From the IMG/VR virus record IMGVR_UViG_3300017780_007355, positions 1-39,064 of that record: 39,064 nucleotides of DNA. One strand, 5' to 3'. The notes below the pieces were generated by a model. It ran no database searches. It was not told the DNA's origin and saw nothing but the letters and a program-made list of their open reading frames with translations. The number at the start of each line of letters is the position of its first letter. Within the stretch, counting starts at the first letter, position 1. A program made the translations under genes and the position numbers. This document shows positions 37,440 to 39,064 of the stretch, piece by piece. Source of the DNA: a virus. Its lineage: Duplodnaviria; Caudoviricetes.

Positions 37440-38038
37440 ATAAATACGCACTAACACAAGTAAGAGACCTAGTCCTCAAAAAAGAATACAAGTTCTTCGA
37501 GGATAACTCAAACAAAGCATACGATGTAAACATTGTAGGTATCCGTAACACGTCAACCGGTAAAAAGGTAACAAACATATTCGATGACCTAATAACATTA
37601 TCCTACAAAGATGAACAAGGAGTATGGCAATACCATGAGTGGGCAGCAACAACAGACCCAGGAAAGAAATCCATGCTACAATGGAGAGCAATGGGAATCA
37701 CAGGAGGTTGTGCTCGATTAGTAGCAGGCCAATACAGAACAACATACGCCATCGATCTGCACCAAGGAAAGTATAAAGCCCTATGTCAACGATTAGCTAA
37801 CGTAAAAGTGTACCGTGATACAAACCTAGACCTAGAATATAGCGAAGATAAAGTTACCGAGGGAATGTATGGTATCAACATCCATAAAGCAGGTCGCGAT
37901 TCTACATGGGTAGAAAACTGGTCAGCCGGATGCCAAGTGTTCAAACGAGTAAAAGACTTTGATCAGTTTATGGCAATAATTAATAAAAGTGCCAAAATAC
38001 ATGGAAACAAATTCACGTACACACTACTAGAAATATAA
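37436..38038 (+). CDS. Putative endolysin, YkuD/L,D-transpeptidase-like fold
   Basis: NIVGIR, FDD, ATTDPG, GINIHKAG and WSAGCQV (His...S.GC catalytic pattern). Confidence 0.65.
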   Translation: MNKYALTQVRDLVLKKEYKFFEDNSNKAYDVNIVGIRNTSTGKKVTNIFDDLITLSYKDEQGVWQYHEWAATTDPGKKSMLQWRAMGITGGCARLVAGQYRTTYAIDLHQGKYKALCQRLANVKVYRDTNLDLEYSEDKVTEGMYGINIHKAGRDSTWVENWSAGCQVFKRVKDFDQFMAIINKSAKIHGNKFTYTLLEI

Positions 38039-38060
38039 ACAAACAACCAAACAAAGTTAT

Positions 38061-38092
38061 AAAGGGGGTCTCAGAAATGTACCCCCCTTTTT
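38061..38092 (+). terminator. Intrinsic terminator closing the rightward block
   Basis: AAAGGGGGT...ACCCCCCTTTTT. Confidence 0.75.
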
Positions 38093-38314
38093 GTTTTGTA
38101 GCATAAAGCAATCACTAAAGCCATATATAACCTTTAATGACCGATTTATACGACACTATACCCCTATGTCTCGTTGTCGTTATCTCGTTTTCGTTGTCGT
38201 TGTAGGGGGGATATCTCAAATTTACACATCGTCCATGAGCGACTACATACCTATTCCAGAATTTTCCAGGAATTTTCCAGTTTTTTGGGTTCACCCCACA
38301 CAAAGACAAGCTAA

Positions 38315-38660
38315 CCTAACTCCCTGTAAACCAGGTAGTTACAACTATAACAGATAAAGCGTTGATTATTAAGCAGTTAGCTCAGATCTTCACAACTATC
38401 TCACTACTAAGTAGTTACGTAACACATTAGCATACAGATAGTTAGCTAACTTTTTGAAAACTAAGCAGTTACATAAGTACCTGAGTACCAATCTATTAAT
38501 TAACTATTTGATTATAAACCTATTGCATAACTAATTGATCATTAATAGTTTACATAACATATTAATACATAGACACTTGCATAACTAATTGATTAACAAT
38601 CTATTACATAACTAATTGATCCTTAGATACTTACATAACTAATTGATTAGTAATAGTTTA
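38315..38660. repeat. Phased array of 27-bp quasi-palindromic units
   Basis: Units start at 38315, 38353, 38391 (38-bp steps), then 38418, 38445, 38472, 38499, 38526, 38553, 38580, 38607, 38634 (exact 27-bp steps); consensus about caTAACtaatTGatnnnyAatnnnTTA. Confidence 0.85.
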
Positions 38661-38667
38661 CATATCG

Positions 38668-38817
38668 CTTATAATCTAATCAAAAAAATGCTTATAATCT
38701 AATCATAAACATAGCTATTAATTACAATTAATTCATATTCATAACTACTTAATAATCAGCAGGTTACAGATCTTGGTTAAAATCTAATCAATAAAAATGA
38801 TTAAAATCTAATCAATA
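38668..38817. repeat. Four copies of TTA(T/A)AATCTAATCA arranged as two pairs
   Basis: CTTATAATCTAATCA twice (about 38668 and 38691) and TTAAAATCTAATCAATA twice (about 38777 and 38801). Confidence 0.75.
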
Positions 38818-39007
38818 GATCACAAAAAAATTTGTTAAAATATGTTAAAAATTACAAATAGTACATAATGTAATTACTTGATAATCAATTACTTAAAAAA
38901 TAATTGTTAAAATTTGTTAATTTATTGCTAATTTTTAGAAATGATTACTTAAATTTACAACGTGAATAGTTCACATCGTTCTTTATTTATTATTTAAAAT
39001 TTTTGTT

Positions 39008-39064
39008 ATGAAAACAAATGTAAAAAATTCAGCTCAAGTAGTTGAAAATCAAGTAGTTAACAAG
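39008..39064 (+). CDS. Start of an ORF running off the window end
   Basis: MKTNVKNSAQVVENQVVNK..., preceded by an AT-rich leader. Confidence 0.45.
   Translation, partial: MKTNVKNSAQVVENQVVNK

Noticed and set aside
38091-38357. ORFs 38091..38357 (+) and 38115..38309 (-)
   Set aside because: They overlap a terminator, hairpin and repeat region, have odd composition and show no recognisable motifs.
38315-38895. CRISPR array or TIGR array, given a Cas4-like nuclease about 1 kb upstream
   Set aside because: No invariant repeat separated by unique 30-40-nt spacers; the unit is 27 bp with only 4-5-nt variable patches; no cas or Nop-domain gene is recognisable; the nuclease lacks the Cas4 Fe-S cysteines.
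1-39064. Stop-codon reassignment as in some crAss-like phages
   Set aside because: Terminase, portal, capsid, RecA and other genes are full length in the standard code, and TAG and TGA occur at plausible gene ends.

Overview
AT-rich, gene-dense segment of a tailed phage genome with crAss-like (Crassvirales-type) organisation. The host is probably Bacteroidota/Flavobacteriia, since TAnnTTTG promoter boxes recur upstream of genes. Standard genetic code gives long intact ORFs. Minus strand (1-26.6 kb): virion module with an HU/IHF-like protein, large terminase, portal, scaffold-like protein, major capsid protein, conserved structural genes, Cys-rich small proteins, several tail-fibre/adhesin genes, a holin, and two tandem Fib_succ_major (FISUMP, C-type-lectin-fold) paralogues. 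Plus strand (26.7-38 kb): RecA, GIY-YIG nuclease, PhoH, DUF1599/Nmad1-like protein, SSB, metallophosphoesterase, ECF-type sigma factor, GroES, ThyX, an Acb2/Tad1-like hairpin domain, a PD-(D/E)XK nuclease and a YkuD-like lysin. Three signals stand out. (1) The 3' ends of both FISUMP genes look like diversity-generating-retroelement variable regions, but no template repeat or RT is visible here. (2) An array of 27-bp quasi-palindromic units with exact phasing, conserved dyad ends and variable cores lies at 38315-38895, with a lone similar unit in the divergent control region. (3) A multi-hairpin non-coding element with its own promoter box sits between the two divergent gene blocks. All family assignments come from motif recognition by eye; no database searches were run.
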